Of a stretch of DNA of 64,000 nucleotides, positions 1 to 14,624 are shown piece after piece; the first letter of the stretch is position 1; every line of letters begins with the position of its first letter. The position numbers and the translations under genes were made by a program. This DNA comes from Dicyema japonicum (Eukaryota > Animalia > Dicyemida), in contig RDEW01000014.1 of NCBI GenBank assembly GCA_011109175.1, positions 186,001 to 250,000 of the forward strand, given 5' to 3'. The notes beneath the pieces were generated by a model. It did not search any database. It worked only from the letters and a program-made list of their open reading frames with translations, and had not been told where the DNA came from.

Positions 1-700
1 CCCTGACAATTTAGAGTATTAAACTCTTGGCTCCACTCGGATCTCTTCTTATCGCTTTGTACGTGAAGAACAAGGTACTTTGTGAAATCATTTAGCTCAA
101 TGTCTCCTCGAAGATAACGTACCCCTTTGCAGAGTTGTGGGGGACCAATTGGTAGGTGTGTTGTTTTACTGCAGCTGTAACGACTCCATAAACATCTCGC
201 TTGTTTTGAAGTCTGTGCACGTTTTCTTCAGAAGGATGCATCAATTGCATGCGAAATCCTGGTATTTGGTGGAGACTGAGTTTATGATTTGTACGTTCTT
301 TTCATCATTATAGTGCGTGAGGAGTATCGCTTAGCGCTGAAAAATTACTGTTGGTACATTGCCACAGTTAGCGAGTTCTTTAATTCCTCTGTCCTCCCTT
401 CTGTTTTGACGGATTCTGTATTTCTGAGTGTAAATGTTGTTAGATTATCAAGGGTATGATTAAGTGCTGTAACGCCTTGAAAATGAGTGCTCAAGTATCG
501 GTCGGATAATACATAGATGGCTGTTTTGACGCAGTACTTGAGTGACGTGGACTACTCAACGTGCTTTGCTGGAATAGGGGACATCAATGGATTGGAGGTT
601 ATCGACATTATGGTTGAATATATTTATGATGTTAACATTTTGGAGCACATTCATGGTTGCTTTGTGAGGTTATCTTAGCCGTTTATGTGATGAAGGGACG
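1..700 (-). mobile_element. Decayed LINE fragment (endonuclease/linker region)
   Basis: Minus-strand translation gives stop-riddled endonuclease/linker-like peptide; no intact ORF; truncated by the window edge. Confidence 0.35.
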
Positions 701-1429
701 TTCTAAAATGGCGGATTATATTGTTGGTTTATTGGTTATTTGTAGTTGAAATATATTAGGAATAAGGATCTGTCTCCCTTTAATTCTGAGGATTTTACTA
801 ATTCTTTCAAAAAATTGAGAATGGCAAGTTTTTTTGAATTCATGTTCAAAATTACTTGTCTTGCCTAATAACCCTTCCTTTCATGTTTATACTTGTAAAT
901 CTTTTTATTTTATTGACGCAAATAGTTACTCTTGTATCATTTCAAGAGTTCGAATATAATAATTCCTTCGCGTCTGTGAGGAGGACTGAAACCCCCTCGT
1001 CTGTCCATTTCCAAGTTAAAAGAAAGTCGATTTGTTAAAAAGTTCCCATTTTCAATCGGATTCCTCTGTAGGAATAAGAGAAGGCTCTTTCGTACGGAGT
1101 GGGTACAATGCAAGACCACTGACGTTTGATGGCTCGATTGACTACGGGAACTAGGATTACCTTTTTTCTGTCTTTTTTTCTCGATGATCACGGGGTTCTA
1201 AATAAATTGTAGTCAAAGTTACAAAAGCTATGGGCTAGGTGCATGAGACGTTTGTGTATCAGATATTCACCGAGTCATCACAGACGCGAAGCACAAGATG
1301 AAATTAATTTGAATGGACAAAATATGATTGATAAGTTAAAAGAAGTTGAACCTGACGTAATATGGAAAATGGAATCTTTTTTCAATCTTTCCTATCTATA
1401 ACAATTTCATGTAAATAAAAAAATAGGCA

Positions 1430-2290
1430 TAAAGCAATCAAAAGTGAGAATCACTATACTAATGCAACTGGAACAATAGGCTTTAACACAAATCCTCGTC
1501 ACCTCAAAACAGTCGTTTTCTCGATCGATTTACAAAAGGCCTTCGACTCTGTCTCAAGAAAAATCCTAACCCGGAAATTGTTTGCCCTCCCCGTCATCCC
1601 CAATATAAAACTCTGGCTTGCTAACTTCATCAATGGAAGAAGGGCCCGGGTATAAATGGATGGGTTAGATGACCAAATCAGTTTTAAGATTACTACCCAA
1701 TGGTGTCTCACAATGTTCCCTTTTATCACCCGCCTTATTTAACTTATACGTGTCCGATTTACCACAACCCGATAATAAAGACGATTTCCTTCTATCATGT
1801 GCTGATGACCTATTAATCCGCGATCAAGATATCCTAAAGGCATCAGAAAGATTACAAGAATACCTTCACAAGCTTTCACGAAGAAACTGAAAATCTTGGG
1901 GATCACCTTCGACACACATATGTCCTTCTCATCTCACGTCGACGGTGTCTCTGGAAGCTTCTAAGAAAGCTAGGGATAATCAAAACTATTTTCGGTGGCA
2001 CTAAAACCCATCTTCCAGCTTTGAAATTATTGTACAAACAATTCGTTGAGCAATCTATCAGCTATGCCTGTACGTCATGAGGAACCAATCTGTCCTGGAC
2101 AAACAAACAAAGAATCCGAGACATTCAGGCCTTAACCGCCACTACTAGTAGTAATCTAGGGAAACTAGTAAAACTGATCCCCTCATCACTTGAATACCTT
2201 ATACAACTAAATGGAAAGGGATTTACTACCCAGTGCAGGCAGTGCAACTCTCAACAATACACAGCCATGACGTGTCTTATGAGAAGGGTA
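1430..2290 (+). mobile_element. Decayed APE-type LINE (family A), RT region
   Basis: RT motifs IDLQKAFDSVSR, NGVSQCSLLSPALFNLYV and SCADD, then LGITFD; homologous to 17500-18800 and 41400-42370. Confidence 0.8.
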
Positions 2291-2479
2291 TACATCACCC
2301 CTCTCCAATTCCTATTTCCAAAACCACCCCGCCCACAAAAAAGTTGTGTTGGATCCCAGAAAGCGCACGAGGAGAAATTGAGAAATTTGATTGAAGCCTT
2401 AATTTAGTAATTAAATAAACTATTGGTGTTGTTGGGTTAATAATAATAAAAATTAAACTTTTTGTCATTTGGCAAGTCA

Positions 2480-2830
2480 AAGACCAAGATGTTTAAAAGA
2501 TTTTGACTTGGAAAATCATTTACTATGAAAATAAAAGGTTTGGATGACAACAGAACTTTTAATGTTATCAGCAGTCATCTTAGCGATGAATTAAAATGTT
2601 AAGGAAAAAGTTATTTTTACTGATAGATAATGCTCCAAGCCACGTTTAACGAAGTTTTTTGAAAATTAAAATTATATTCTTTCCAAAAAACACAACTGCT
2701 AATCTTCAACTAATCGATTCAGGCATAATCAAGAACTTTAAGCATTATTATGAAAAAGGCTTATTTTGGATTATATGGAAGTCCTTGATCCTGTTTTGAA
2801 TGACTACAAAAAAGAACTGGAAAAAACTTG
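2480..2830 (+). pseudogene. pogo/Tigger-like DDE transposase remnant
   Basis: LLIDNAPSH...IIFFPKNTTANLQLIDSGIIKNFKHYY matches the pogo DDE_1 motif LxxDNAxxH..FLPxNTTxxLQPxDxGII; contains stops and frameshifts. Confidence 0.7.
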
Positions 2831-3399
2831 CTAATGAAGAAAAAAAACAGAAATGCTCGACAAAAACAAAATCTTTTTTGTGAAGATTATAATTCGACGA
2901 GGATATTGTTAATGCTGACAATGGAGAGATTAATATTAATTACAATGAAATTAGTATATTTATTCCCCTCAATCCGAAAGGCATCCAAATTTTTTTGTTC
3001 AGATTAATGAGGGTTTACTGTAATGATGAATACAGGCATTATCAAAGATATCGAGTCTTCAATTCCCTTTTCATAGCACAGATTTTTTAAGGATTCCGAA
3101 AAATAGTCATTGATGCAATTTCTGGTTCTGATGGCCCCTATAGGAATATAGGTAGGAGATCCTGAAACAGCTCTTTTTGTCTTCGTCTTAGAAAAATCCG
3201 ACCTCATTATGAGCTTTAAGATGTTCTTTTATTCAAAAATATATGTAACCTTATTTCAATGTTAATGATTAGAAAGTTACGCTATTGGTCAGGAAAGTGA
3301 CGTTAATGGTCGGGAAACCCTATAAATCTATGAATGAATATGCATTGTCCTTATATAATTGCTATATTGGATTGGTTAATGATGAACCAATGGAGATTG

Positions 3400-4490
3400 A
3401 AAATATTATATTGATATGTCACCTGAAACCCGCAAACAAGGAGAGATTATTATATTAGTCGAACTAAATTGAGAAGGGGCTGACTTCGATTGTACTGAAA
3501 GTGAATGTATGCTGTATCAGTTTCTGGCTGATATGAAAAGAAAATCTGACATTTTGCTAGAGAGGATGGATTGTTGCGTGCCTTGAAAACAAAGAAAACA
3601 CATTTGACCACGATCGATAGATTTCTATCTTTCAACACAAAATGGATCTAACTCGAGTTGATATAAAGACTATCAGAGAAAGTCCTGATTGATTCTATGG
3701 GAAAAAGCAGCTTTATTCTATGCTTTTTAACATTTACGAAGATGGAAAAGTTGATCTGGTCGGATCTTCGGAGTGGTTAACCAGTGGAAACAACAGCCCG
3801 AGATCAGAGAGCATGTATTGTTTGCTTCAGGGCAGGAACTTGTTTTTTGATAACAATGATTCAGAGAAAGGCTAAGAAATCAGTGATCGTTTGGCTACGT
3901 TGTAGTTAGAACACTCAGTACGACTATGTAAGGAGGCATAACAAAGTTTTTAGGTGCATTCATCTGCATTTATGTAAAATGTGTGGCATCAAGCAATCTA
4001 AAATTTTAGAACACATTGAGGGTGGAAAGGGTTCGATCTGAAGGTGGAAATCCGAGTGAACACTTCCATCATGAATGGCATTGAAATGCAGAACAATAAA
4101 CCTGACATGAAGAATGAGATTGTGATTATAGAAGTTGGAATCACCTCACAAGAAGCACTCGGGCATACAGAGGTGGAGAAACTAACATGTATGACTTGTT
4201 AATTATACCTAAGAAAACATTAAAAAGTATGGCTGTCGAGCACAAACATGGAGTCAAGACACCAATTGAGGAAATCCTTTGCGCGTTGAGGCGAATGGAA
4301 GAGCGGGCAACTCATTACATTGGTGAACCACGGACTTTTCAGGACTGGTAACTAGGCGGTTCTCGTTAGACAATCGTTGAGACGGTCGAGGATGTTTAGA
4401 TCTCGAGATGCAAAGACGATGTCGTCAGCGTAAGAGACAAGGATTTTCCGATGTGGGGAGATCGGCCATGAATAAGTAGAATAGGAAGGG
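3400..4490 (+). mobile_element. Decayed R4/Dong-like RLE retrotransposon fragment
   Basis: SSEWLTSGNNSPRSE, NKPD and IIEVGITSQ motifs, also seen in the 38-40.6 kb element. Confidence 0.65.
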
Positions 4491-4559
4491 GGATAATGGA
4501 GATCCTTAGAGAACACCATTAGAAGAAACTGTGTAATGGATTTTGACTGTCAAATAAAA

Positions 4560-4760
4560 ACACGTCCTCTCCGACCGCTAAGGAAGTTTGCTAGTCAGAG
4601 TTTTAAAATTTCCAGGGATTCTTGTTTGGAAAATTTTCCAAGTAAGGATCTTCCTCGACACTAAATCGAAAACTTTTTAGACATCAATGGAGCAAAGTAG
4701 AGTCTTCAGATGTCCCAGCCTGTTCCACGTTAAATTCCATATCAGGGGGAGAGTCGTTAA
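4560..4760 (-). mobile_element. LINE family A RT fragment
   Basis: Reverse strand reads IDVxKVFDLVSRKILTWKIFQTRIP...ANFLSGRRGRV. Confidence 0.55.
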
Positions 4761-4898
4761 TTTTTTAGAGAACCGACCTCTCCAGGTTTAAATATTTTTA
4801 ATAATAATAATTTAATTTTTTTTCAAAATTAATAATATTCGGTTAACAGAAAAAGTAAATAGATATATGAATTTTGATTATTAATACGAATTTACTAA

Positions 4899-6555
<1,657 letters not shown>

Positions 6556-6639
6556 ATAAATTTACATTTACAGGCAAATAAATTTTTGAATGAAATTAAT
6601 TTGTAATTTAGGGAGATTGAATCGTCAGGCTGTAAAAAA

Positions 6640-6970
6640 TAAACAAACTTTATTTAGTCAACCAAAAAGTTACATTTTTTACAACCTTCCTCGCCTGCCT
6701 CTTCATTAGCTTTCTAAGGCAGGTTCGATTGTGGTTGCTGAAACAGCGCATTGTCTAATTGAGCACTCTGCCTTATGACATCCCCGGGCACTGCCTCCTA
6801 TAAGGATCTCTTGGTTTCTCTGGACTGTAGGTAGGTCTGGAGCTTCCTATCCACTGCTAACTGTCTTAGATAACCTTTGTGGTACTTTGATTCAATTTCT
6901 TCCACTTCATTACTATTTCAATAACGAGGACCCTGCAACCGAACATCTACCACACCTCACTTTTAAGGAT
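6640..6970 (-). mobile_element. 3' fragment of the R4/Dong-like family
   Basis: Reverse complement aligns with 40330-40670 (aagtaccacaa.ggttatct, gataggaagctccag, tgtttcagcaacca.aatcgaacctgcct). Confidence 0.75.
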
Positions 6971-7249
6971 ACCTCGTTATGCCTCTACATATAGTCGTGG
7001 TAGAGCATGGATACGCACCGAGTGGCTAAATGATCAACCGACGTGTTCCTTGGGGACATGTACTTGTTGATCGACCCTAAAATATTTTACAATGCCTCCA
7101 ATCGAGGTGAGGGTCACCGTATTTTAGCCATGCGGATTGACAATGCTCTGAACAAAATTTGGTATATACCGCTATTTATATGACACTTATTGGGTGACTG
7201 GTCTCTCTCAGTACCTTGTCGTCATTTACTTTTTAAGCCCTTAGTGGAG

Positions 7250-7530
7250 TGGGAGAGAACAAATATTTTTTTAAAGATTAGCATGTCTGCTGGATCGGCA
7301 GCCGATCTGGCCGAGAAAATCAAGATTAAAAAATATGGCGAAATTGGAGATCGCTTTCGTTTTGTACCGGTATCAATCGATACGTCTACTGCTGCGGGGA
7401 GTATCACAGTCTTTTTCCTGAAGGAAATCGGGAGATAATTGGCCCATCGTAAGAAAGACGTGCGGGCTGAGACAACAAATTGGGATTGCAGTTGTCCGTG
7501 GAAACGCTTACTCCGTATTGTCAGCAGCCG
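7250..7530 (+). mobile_element. CRE-like RLE retrotransposon C-terminal fragment
   Basis: AGSAADLAEKIKIKKY..FRFVPVSIDT..GIAVVRGNA, the pattern that follows the RLE domain. Confidence 0.6.
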
Positions 7531-7861
7531 CTCTTCCCTGTTATTGTTAATAAATAATATTTTATTGTTAAATAAAACGTGTTAGCATAATATAAATTAT
7601 AGATTCTATAAATGTAGAAAGTGCTTCTCATTGATAGTGTTCAAGGTTGGCTCATGGAATACACTATATTAACAGAGAGTGCATGCTTACATGAATCACA
7701 GGTATACGATGGTTTGAGTGTAAAATTCAAGTATGCGATCTTTTGATTAATTAATGGTTTCGGAAACATATAACTATTATAAATTCTATATATTTTAAAA
7801 TTAATTTCTTAAATATTTTAGAAATAATTTAAAGAAATTAATTTAAAAATAAAGAAACTTA

Positions 7862-8480
7862 ATGGACTTTATTCATGTAGTTGGAGTTCATGTAGTCAAT
7901 TCAGTTGGAAAATTCACTGATCCGTTCGACATAGAAATAAAGTTCGAATGTAAAAGAGAACTCAACGATGGTCTCTAGTTTTTAAAATAGCCTAGATTTG
8001 GAATGGAAGCTTATTTATGTCGGATCTCCCGAGTCTGATAAGTATGACCAACTCCTCGACATAATCGTCGTTGGTCCCATTCCTCTTGGAAGGCACAAAA
8101 TTAAATTTGAAGTAAAAGTGGATTTTATCATAAAAGACAAACCCCCCTCAGATTAGCCTTATCCCACCCGAGTTCATCCTCGGCTGTTCGGCCTTATTAA
8201 TTTGCTGTTCTCTGCTCAATGTGGAGTTTATTCGGATCGGGTACTTTGTCCAGACGGAATATCAGGACTCACAGGTGCTACCAACCAATACCCTGCTTCC
8301 TGACCCGTCACTGGTTGATGATCTTTAATATTGCAGTTGGTTAGGAAGGTGGCCTGCGATATTCCAAGAATGACGCGGTTTGACAGGGAGAGGGACGGTC
8401 GGCAGGCATCGGTTATCCAGGCCACTGAAGGCAGAGTGCTGTTCCACGTGCCCTCCGCTAATGGTTCAACAAAAAAATAA
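7862..8480 (+). CDS. ASF1: Histone chaperone ASF1, 4 exons
   Basis: [47 protein letters not shown]; introns 7971-7995 (25 nt), 8112-8136 (25 nt), 8314-8336 (23 nt); stop TAA at 8478-8480. Confidence 0.95.
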
Positions 8481-9389
8481 TATTTAGACTGATATGTCTT
8501 CAATACCATTCTATTGTAATAAAACACTTGTTAATATATTATAAAATCCACTTGCTTAAAAGGCGTTAAAATTATGTTGATTTGGCCTAAGTTTATTTAT
8601 TTTGTGGTTTTCCGCATTAAAAATTATTAATTTAAAAAGTTAAATTAATATTTAATTATAATAAATTCAAATACTTGCTTTGCCAAATGTTTTTGATCGC
8701 AAATCATGACGTATCTACTCTGAAATTCCTAATCCTTAAGAACAAGGAGCGTCCCCGTGCGACTATGATCTTTCGATTCTATCCTACACGTTCTTATGTG
8801 GGCTCGAAGGAGGAACGTTGATTTATAATGAGTTTACTGCTGGAGTGTGTCGCCATTATGTGTTTAGTTAGTTTGGTTTTACTAATGATAATGTTAGTTT
8901 ATTTGCTAATTGTGGAAGGTTGAGGTGTATTTTTTGGGCTTTGTAATGAATACAGACATTATCTTCTTAAGACGTCGGCAACCATAAGTCTTCAACAAAA
9001 GAATTTTGGATACACAAATGCCCATGGTCAGACTATCGTTCTTTGACAATCTCTGCCTAACAAGTAACCTCACAATATACTAGATAAGAAATACTTAATT
9101 CACCACAAAAGAATCTGGAAATTTGATTCGATCCATGTAACTACAAAGTTGTGTAGCCCATATTCACATGGTTAATTTCATTAAAGATTATGTCTTTTTA
9201 TGATTCATGAATCTATTACCAGGGGCGAAATTAATCACTACCATTTCGATTTCTTAAAGAGGAAGTGCTGCCACAGCCGTAAGTGAAAGACCAATTCTAC
9301 TCTCATATGTGGAAATCAGACTTCTTAGACCATTGAAGGCTTCCCCATTCATTTTAACTCTCATAGGCTTCAGATCCTCATTGAGAAAC

Positions 9390-11750
9390 ATATTATTATT
9401 ATTAAGGCACTTTCACAAAGTCATAATGTTTATAGCCCCGCATGTGCAACACTCAAAGAAACAATATTTATAGTTAGTCCTTTCCATTTTCCTCTGTCGA
9501 ATGCGAGTGATCTCAATTCGTCCAGGTAGTCCCCGTCTTTAGATTTTTTCTCACACGATTTAAGTCTTTGTTCTAGGCAGTCGGAAGTGTCGATCTAGGT
9601 CGTCCGCGGAAGGGTTTGTCGCGACTGTCAAAGTAATCTTCCATCGCTTTGTTAGCGGGTGCGTCCGGGTTCATTCTTAGTACATGCCCAAATGGCCTCC
9701 ACCAGGCATCTATCACTTCCTTGCTGATGTATGAACACATACACTTGTTGTAGATACCAGTGGTTGATATTTTACGTGGCCACTCTATTCCGAGTAAGCT
9801 TCGTAGTTGCCTTCTATGGAACGAATCCAGTTTTAATAGTTCGTTGAAGGAACTTCCCTATTTCCCAGCGTTGTACAGTAGGAGCGGATTCACAAACGCG
9901 TTGTAAAGCCTGCATCTGATGTCAATTCCAAGTCCTTTGGCTTTTAGCCATCCTTTCTTCAGTTTAGCCATTGCCGCATTTGCCAGTGTTTTCCTCCTTA
10001 GTACATCTTCAGCGTCTCCTAGTAGAGAGCCGAGCTTATTAGTACGTCTCCATCTTTCATGAGTAATATCGTCTTCTCTTTTGATTTCCGTAATTTCAGT
10101 TTTGTTAACATTTACGCTGAGAAACCATTTCTCAAGCTCCGCAGGTGCATTTTCTAGCAGGTGTTGGAGTGCGGTCACATCCCGTGATACAAAATCCACA
10201 TCATCCGCATAAGATGTCTCTTCTATGTCTCCTATATAGCATTTACGGAGGTCGCGGAGTGCAGATTCAAGGTATATGGTGAATAGTAAAGGGGAGAGGG
10301 AATCACCCTGGGGTGTCCCAATCGTTGTTTTGAAACTGCGGGAAGTTGCTCCTTCTGTCCTCACAGATAGTCTTGTGTTCGCAAGTAGTAGTCTGATTAT
10401 CCTAACCGACGATTCATCCAATATTTGCTCAAGCACATTCATCAGTTTCTGTCTGTTTATTGAGTCGAAAGCTCTGGAGAGATCTATTCCCAACACGGTT
10501 GGCGCTCTTGAATCTTTAATGCGTTGCGCAGCGCCATCTGTGGCTCCATACAATGTCTGCCGTAGACCTCCCTTCTCGGAACCCACTTTGACTTGCTAGG
10601 TATAAATCCGCCACACCCTTTATTCGGCTTAGTGCAATGTTTTCCAGCACCTTGCGTATCGAATTCAAAAGTATTATCGGGCGGAGATTTTCTACTGGTC
10701 CTTTTGATTTGTTCGGTTTTTGAATGGGTATTAATAGTCCATTTCCAAGTCCTAGATCGGTATTAGTTTCAAAGATCATTTAGGGTTTTTGCAATTGTGT
10801 CGCTAAGTTTTTTTGGCCCATATTTTAAGAGCTCAGGGCTTATGTTGTTTGGCCCAGCACTCTTGTTGTTCTTCAGTTTATTTATCGCTAATTCCACCTT
10901 TTCCACTGTGATTGAAATTTTTAGTCCCTTTGGTTCTCCCTGGAGAAGGGGAAAGTCCTTATTTTCTGTATTCAACAGTGTTTCGAAGTGTCGTGCAATC
11001 AATTCTGCTTTTTCTTCCGGGTTACCCACGAATTTTCCATCTTTTTCTTTGATGTGAAGGACGTTTTGTCCCTTCTTTGTCCGCAGCAGCCGCAAACATC
11101 CTTGAATTGTCCTTTAGGTATTCCACATCTTTTAATAGGGATGTAATAATTTCCTGTGAGTGTTTTCTGTTCATATTTTTGATTTTCCATTTTAGTTCCC
11201 TTTGTTGGATATTAAGCTCTTTTTTTACTCTTGTCTGACGTGTTTGCCGTTTTTAGCCGTAGCTCTCTGCAATGCTTTGCCATATCTGGCACGTTCGGGT
11301 GGTGATCCAATTTTAGGGCGTGATGATTTCGGACTCCAAGGCATACATCAGCCGACTTGGAGATTACCTGATTTGTTTGATATCATAGAGTTTGTACTGA
11401 TGATTCTGGTGCGGTTTTCTCCATGAGAGTCTCGATTTGTTCGTGATATTTAGCTCTACAAGTGGGCTATAACCACAATTTTTCTGTCTGAAAGTATATA
11501 TTGTCTCGCCTTCTTCGCGTTTTCAATGTATTTTTTGCCAGTCAGGTGCTTTTTTACAGAAAATTTTGCAATGACGATCCTGTGGTCGCTGTCAGTTGTT
11601 GTTCCCTGGTAGGAACGTGCACCGTTTATCAGGTGTTTATCAGACTTTCGGCAGATAATGTAGTCGACTTGATTATATATATTCACGGTCTCTCCGACAG
11701 AGTTTTTTCTTTGTCCGTGCCACGTCGTCTTGTGGCAAGCTGAGTGTTAC
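9390..11750 (-). mobile_element. RTE-like LINE, 5'-truncated and frameshifted (APE + RT, (TAA)n tail)
   Basis: QVDYIIC..SDH (APE); LRPIILLNSIRK, GIDLSRAFDS, GTPQGDSLSPLLF, YADD (RT); (taa)n tail at 9391-9403. Confidence 0.88.
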
Positions 11751-11821
11751 TTCTAATAAATTTAACAATTAATTTAATTAAAAATTAATTTTATTATTTT
11801 AATTTTTCTCGTTGGAGTGTG

Positions 11822-12224
11822 ATGCGTGTGATAGAGTACTGTAATTATAAACGAACCCTATATTGTGGTAATCTGTCACCTCAGGTCACTGAAAGTATAC
11901 TATACGAGCTATTCTTACAAGTTTTGGAGCTATTCTCAATGTATTTTATAGGCAGGACCAATAGAGTCTGTTGTGTACCCAAATAAGCCACACGGCGGAA
12001 GGGGGGACTTTTGTTTCATTTTGTTCGACCACGAGGAGTCCGTCGACTACTCAATCAATATTCTCACGGGGACTAAACTTTTTGGGAATAATCTCGTCCT
12101 TAGGCACAAAACGGAAGGAAGTGGAGGACAGTCTGCCAACAATAGCTCCACTCAGTTGGATCGATCTTTCAATAGCAGCACCAATGGTGGAAGGCACAGG
12201 GATCATGTTCGATCACGTGTGTGA
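11822..12224 (+). CDS. RBM7: Single-RRM protein, RBM7/RBM11-like
   Basis: RTLYCGNLSPQVTESILYELFLQ|AGPIESV..FCFILFDHEESVDYSINILTGTKLFG; intron 11921-11951. Start codon inferred. Confidence 0.75.
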
Positions 12225-12939
12225 CATTAAAGACTTTTTATAATAAAATGTAAATTTTTCTTTGTATTTTTTATTACTTGGGGGGTCGATATCGTATGGT
12301 CTCTAACTTTAACCTGATACAAGACCGGTTTTCCTTGTCAATTACTGTGGATTCGTAAAAAAGGTCACTTTTAAGTTATTTGAATGCCACATAGTATATT
12401 TTGGTGAGGTGGTGACGTGCCTCGTTCTTTGACAAGGCAACAATTGAGGAGTGTATAGAAAGGAGATGCTTCCCATCGGAACTTTTTACATTTGAAAAAA
12501 ACGACAATTTTGCTACACAAGTTCAAAGTCACTTTTAAATGAGTCTATGAAACCTTTTAGCTTGAAACAGCCTTTCACGATATTGACTTTTCTGTTAGAA
12601 GCTAGTTATGTCAAAAATGATTAGGAGATGAAAAACACTTTTAAACTCTGAGCTTAAAGATTTTTAGTTACAAAAAGATATTCATGAAAAAATATTCTAT
12701 TTATAAAAAATCGAAATTATTTTTGATTGCTTTTCCCCGCATCTTAGTTTAGAGGGGCTTCAATGTAGTATCCCAGCTAATTTGAAAAAAAAGAAACAGT
12801 TTGGACATTGTGAAAAGAGAATATCTACGATATTTTTTAAATATTGCTAAAGGGGGAGATTGATGAAAAAAGCTTTGAAACTCTAGAGTAAAGGTCACTA
12901 ATCTTGGGCACAAGAGATGATTAGTTTGGACTTGCAACC

Positions 12940-14620
12940 TGCTCCAGGCAGCAGTCCACGCCGCGAGGAGTTACTTCAACAACAATAATTTCCAGACCCG
13001 AAGGCAAGGCCTGAAGCTTGATATATCAAATGCCTTCAACACGCTGAGGAGAGACTATATTTTGGAAACCTGTTGGAAGAGAGCTCCAGAGATTGACCGA
13101 CTTGTACACTTATCGTGTGGGACGGACTAAGCATTAGTTTAAGGAAACGATATCGTTTATTCACGCACAGGCGTTCAGCAGGAGAACTGTGAACTCAATC
13201 TGTGGTACTCGGACGACACCACAATAGCTGGCCCATGAGAGAACGTATATCAGGATATTTCTTCAACAATTTCAGCTCTAAACGAATTGGGTTTAAATGT
13301 CAACGTTATGAAATCAGAACTGATCAATATTTCCTGCTCATCTCCAAGCTCTTCTACTGCCTGCCAAGAATTCAGATCCCTACTTCCAGGTATCAGTATA
13401 TCCTCCTTGGACAAGGTACACTTCCTTGGCTGCCCTCTCGGAAACGACGAGCTGGAAAACTGCCTTACCAGTAAGAATAATGAAGTTGAAGCCTTTACAA
13501 AGAGAGTATCATCTTCGGATCCACATGTGTCTTTTTTCTTGCTCAAGAAATGTATTTCCGTGTCGAAGATGATGTACATTTTGAGATGTTCACCATGTTT
13601 CGAACACCGGAATGCACTATTGTTGGCTGATGGGACTCTGAGACGATCGGCGGAGTCAACACTGAATGTCAAATTCGATGATCTGGGCTGGACAATGTGC
13701 AAACAACCTGCGAGAAATGGGGGCATTGGGTTGAGATCTCCCCTTGAAGCCGCCCTGCCTGCCTACTTTTCATCCCTTGCGAGCTGCAGTCGCTTGGCCC
13801 AAGCAGTCCTACGTAACGCAACCGGACATACCTTGGACTTGGAGCTTGACAAAGTTTGCAAGTTGTGGGGTGAGTTGGACTTGGAATTCCCGTCGAACTT
13901 CGCTTGCCAGAAGAGTTGGGACTCAATTGCATGTATGAGCACTCTGGAGGCCGCGAAGAAAAGCGCCAACCAACACCGACTAGCAAGCATTAAGTCGGCC
14001 GCACACCGCGGAAATAGAGTCTGGGTCGAGGCCCTACCTTGCCCACATCTGGGGACCCTCCTTGACGAAAACAGCTTGAGGATCGGGTGGCACTGCGCCT
14101 AGGACTGGACATATGCCAGAGACACAAATGCCGTTGCGGTGGGGACGTTGATACGAAAGGATTACATCCACTCTCTTGTCGACGGAGTGCTGGCCGAGCT
14201 CCTCGCCACGCAGCCCTCAATGACATCATTTTTCGAGCCCTCAAGACTGCGGGATTTTCGGCCCAATTGGAACCATTGGGCTTAGATAGAAGCGACGGGA
14301 AGAGGCCGGATGGAATGACGTTATTCCTATACTCCCACGGAAAATCACTAGTCTGGGACACAACGTGTGTGGACACTTTCTCAAGAGCCAGATTGCTGAC
14401 GGCGACGCACTCTCCTTAAAACGCAGCCAATCAGGCGGTGGTCAAGAAAATCCATAAATACAAATCCTCGGAGACCATTACCATTTCGCCCCCATTGCTG
14501 TGGAAACAACTGGAACTGTAGGCGCGAAGACGGACGCCTTTCTCCACAGCATTGGAAGCAAACTCGCCTCAAAAAGGTGCGAGCCACGGGAGGGACTCTG
14601 GTTGAGACAGGTCACTTTCA
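12940..14620 (+). mobile_element. CRE-like RLE non-LTR retrotransposon, 5'-truncated and frameshifted
   Basis: RT remnants (NAFN, YSDD, GLNVNVMKSE, FLGCPLG), then [18 protein letters not shown] and the RLE motif RPDG..LVWDTT. Confidence 0.82.
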
Positions 14621-14624
14621 TTGT

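Noticed and set aside
3004-3207. Integrase-like fragment (FSESLKNLCYEKGI)
   Set aside because: Only a weak single-motif resemblance; no other LTR-element features nearby.
4790-4898. AT tracts before start codons as spliced-leader trans-splicing outrons
   Set aside because: No consistent acceptor motif or SL RNA gene is visible; needs 5'-end cDNA data.
10276-10599. Numerous 60-160 aa ORFs antisense to genes or RT domains (e.g. 10276-10599, 13250-13726, 36895-37185)
   Set aside because: Shadow ORFs opposite recognisable coding sequence, with no independent motifs.
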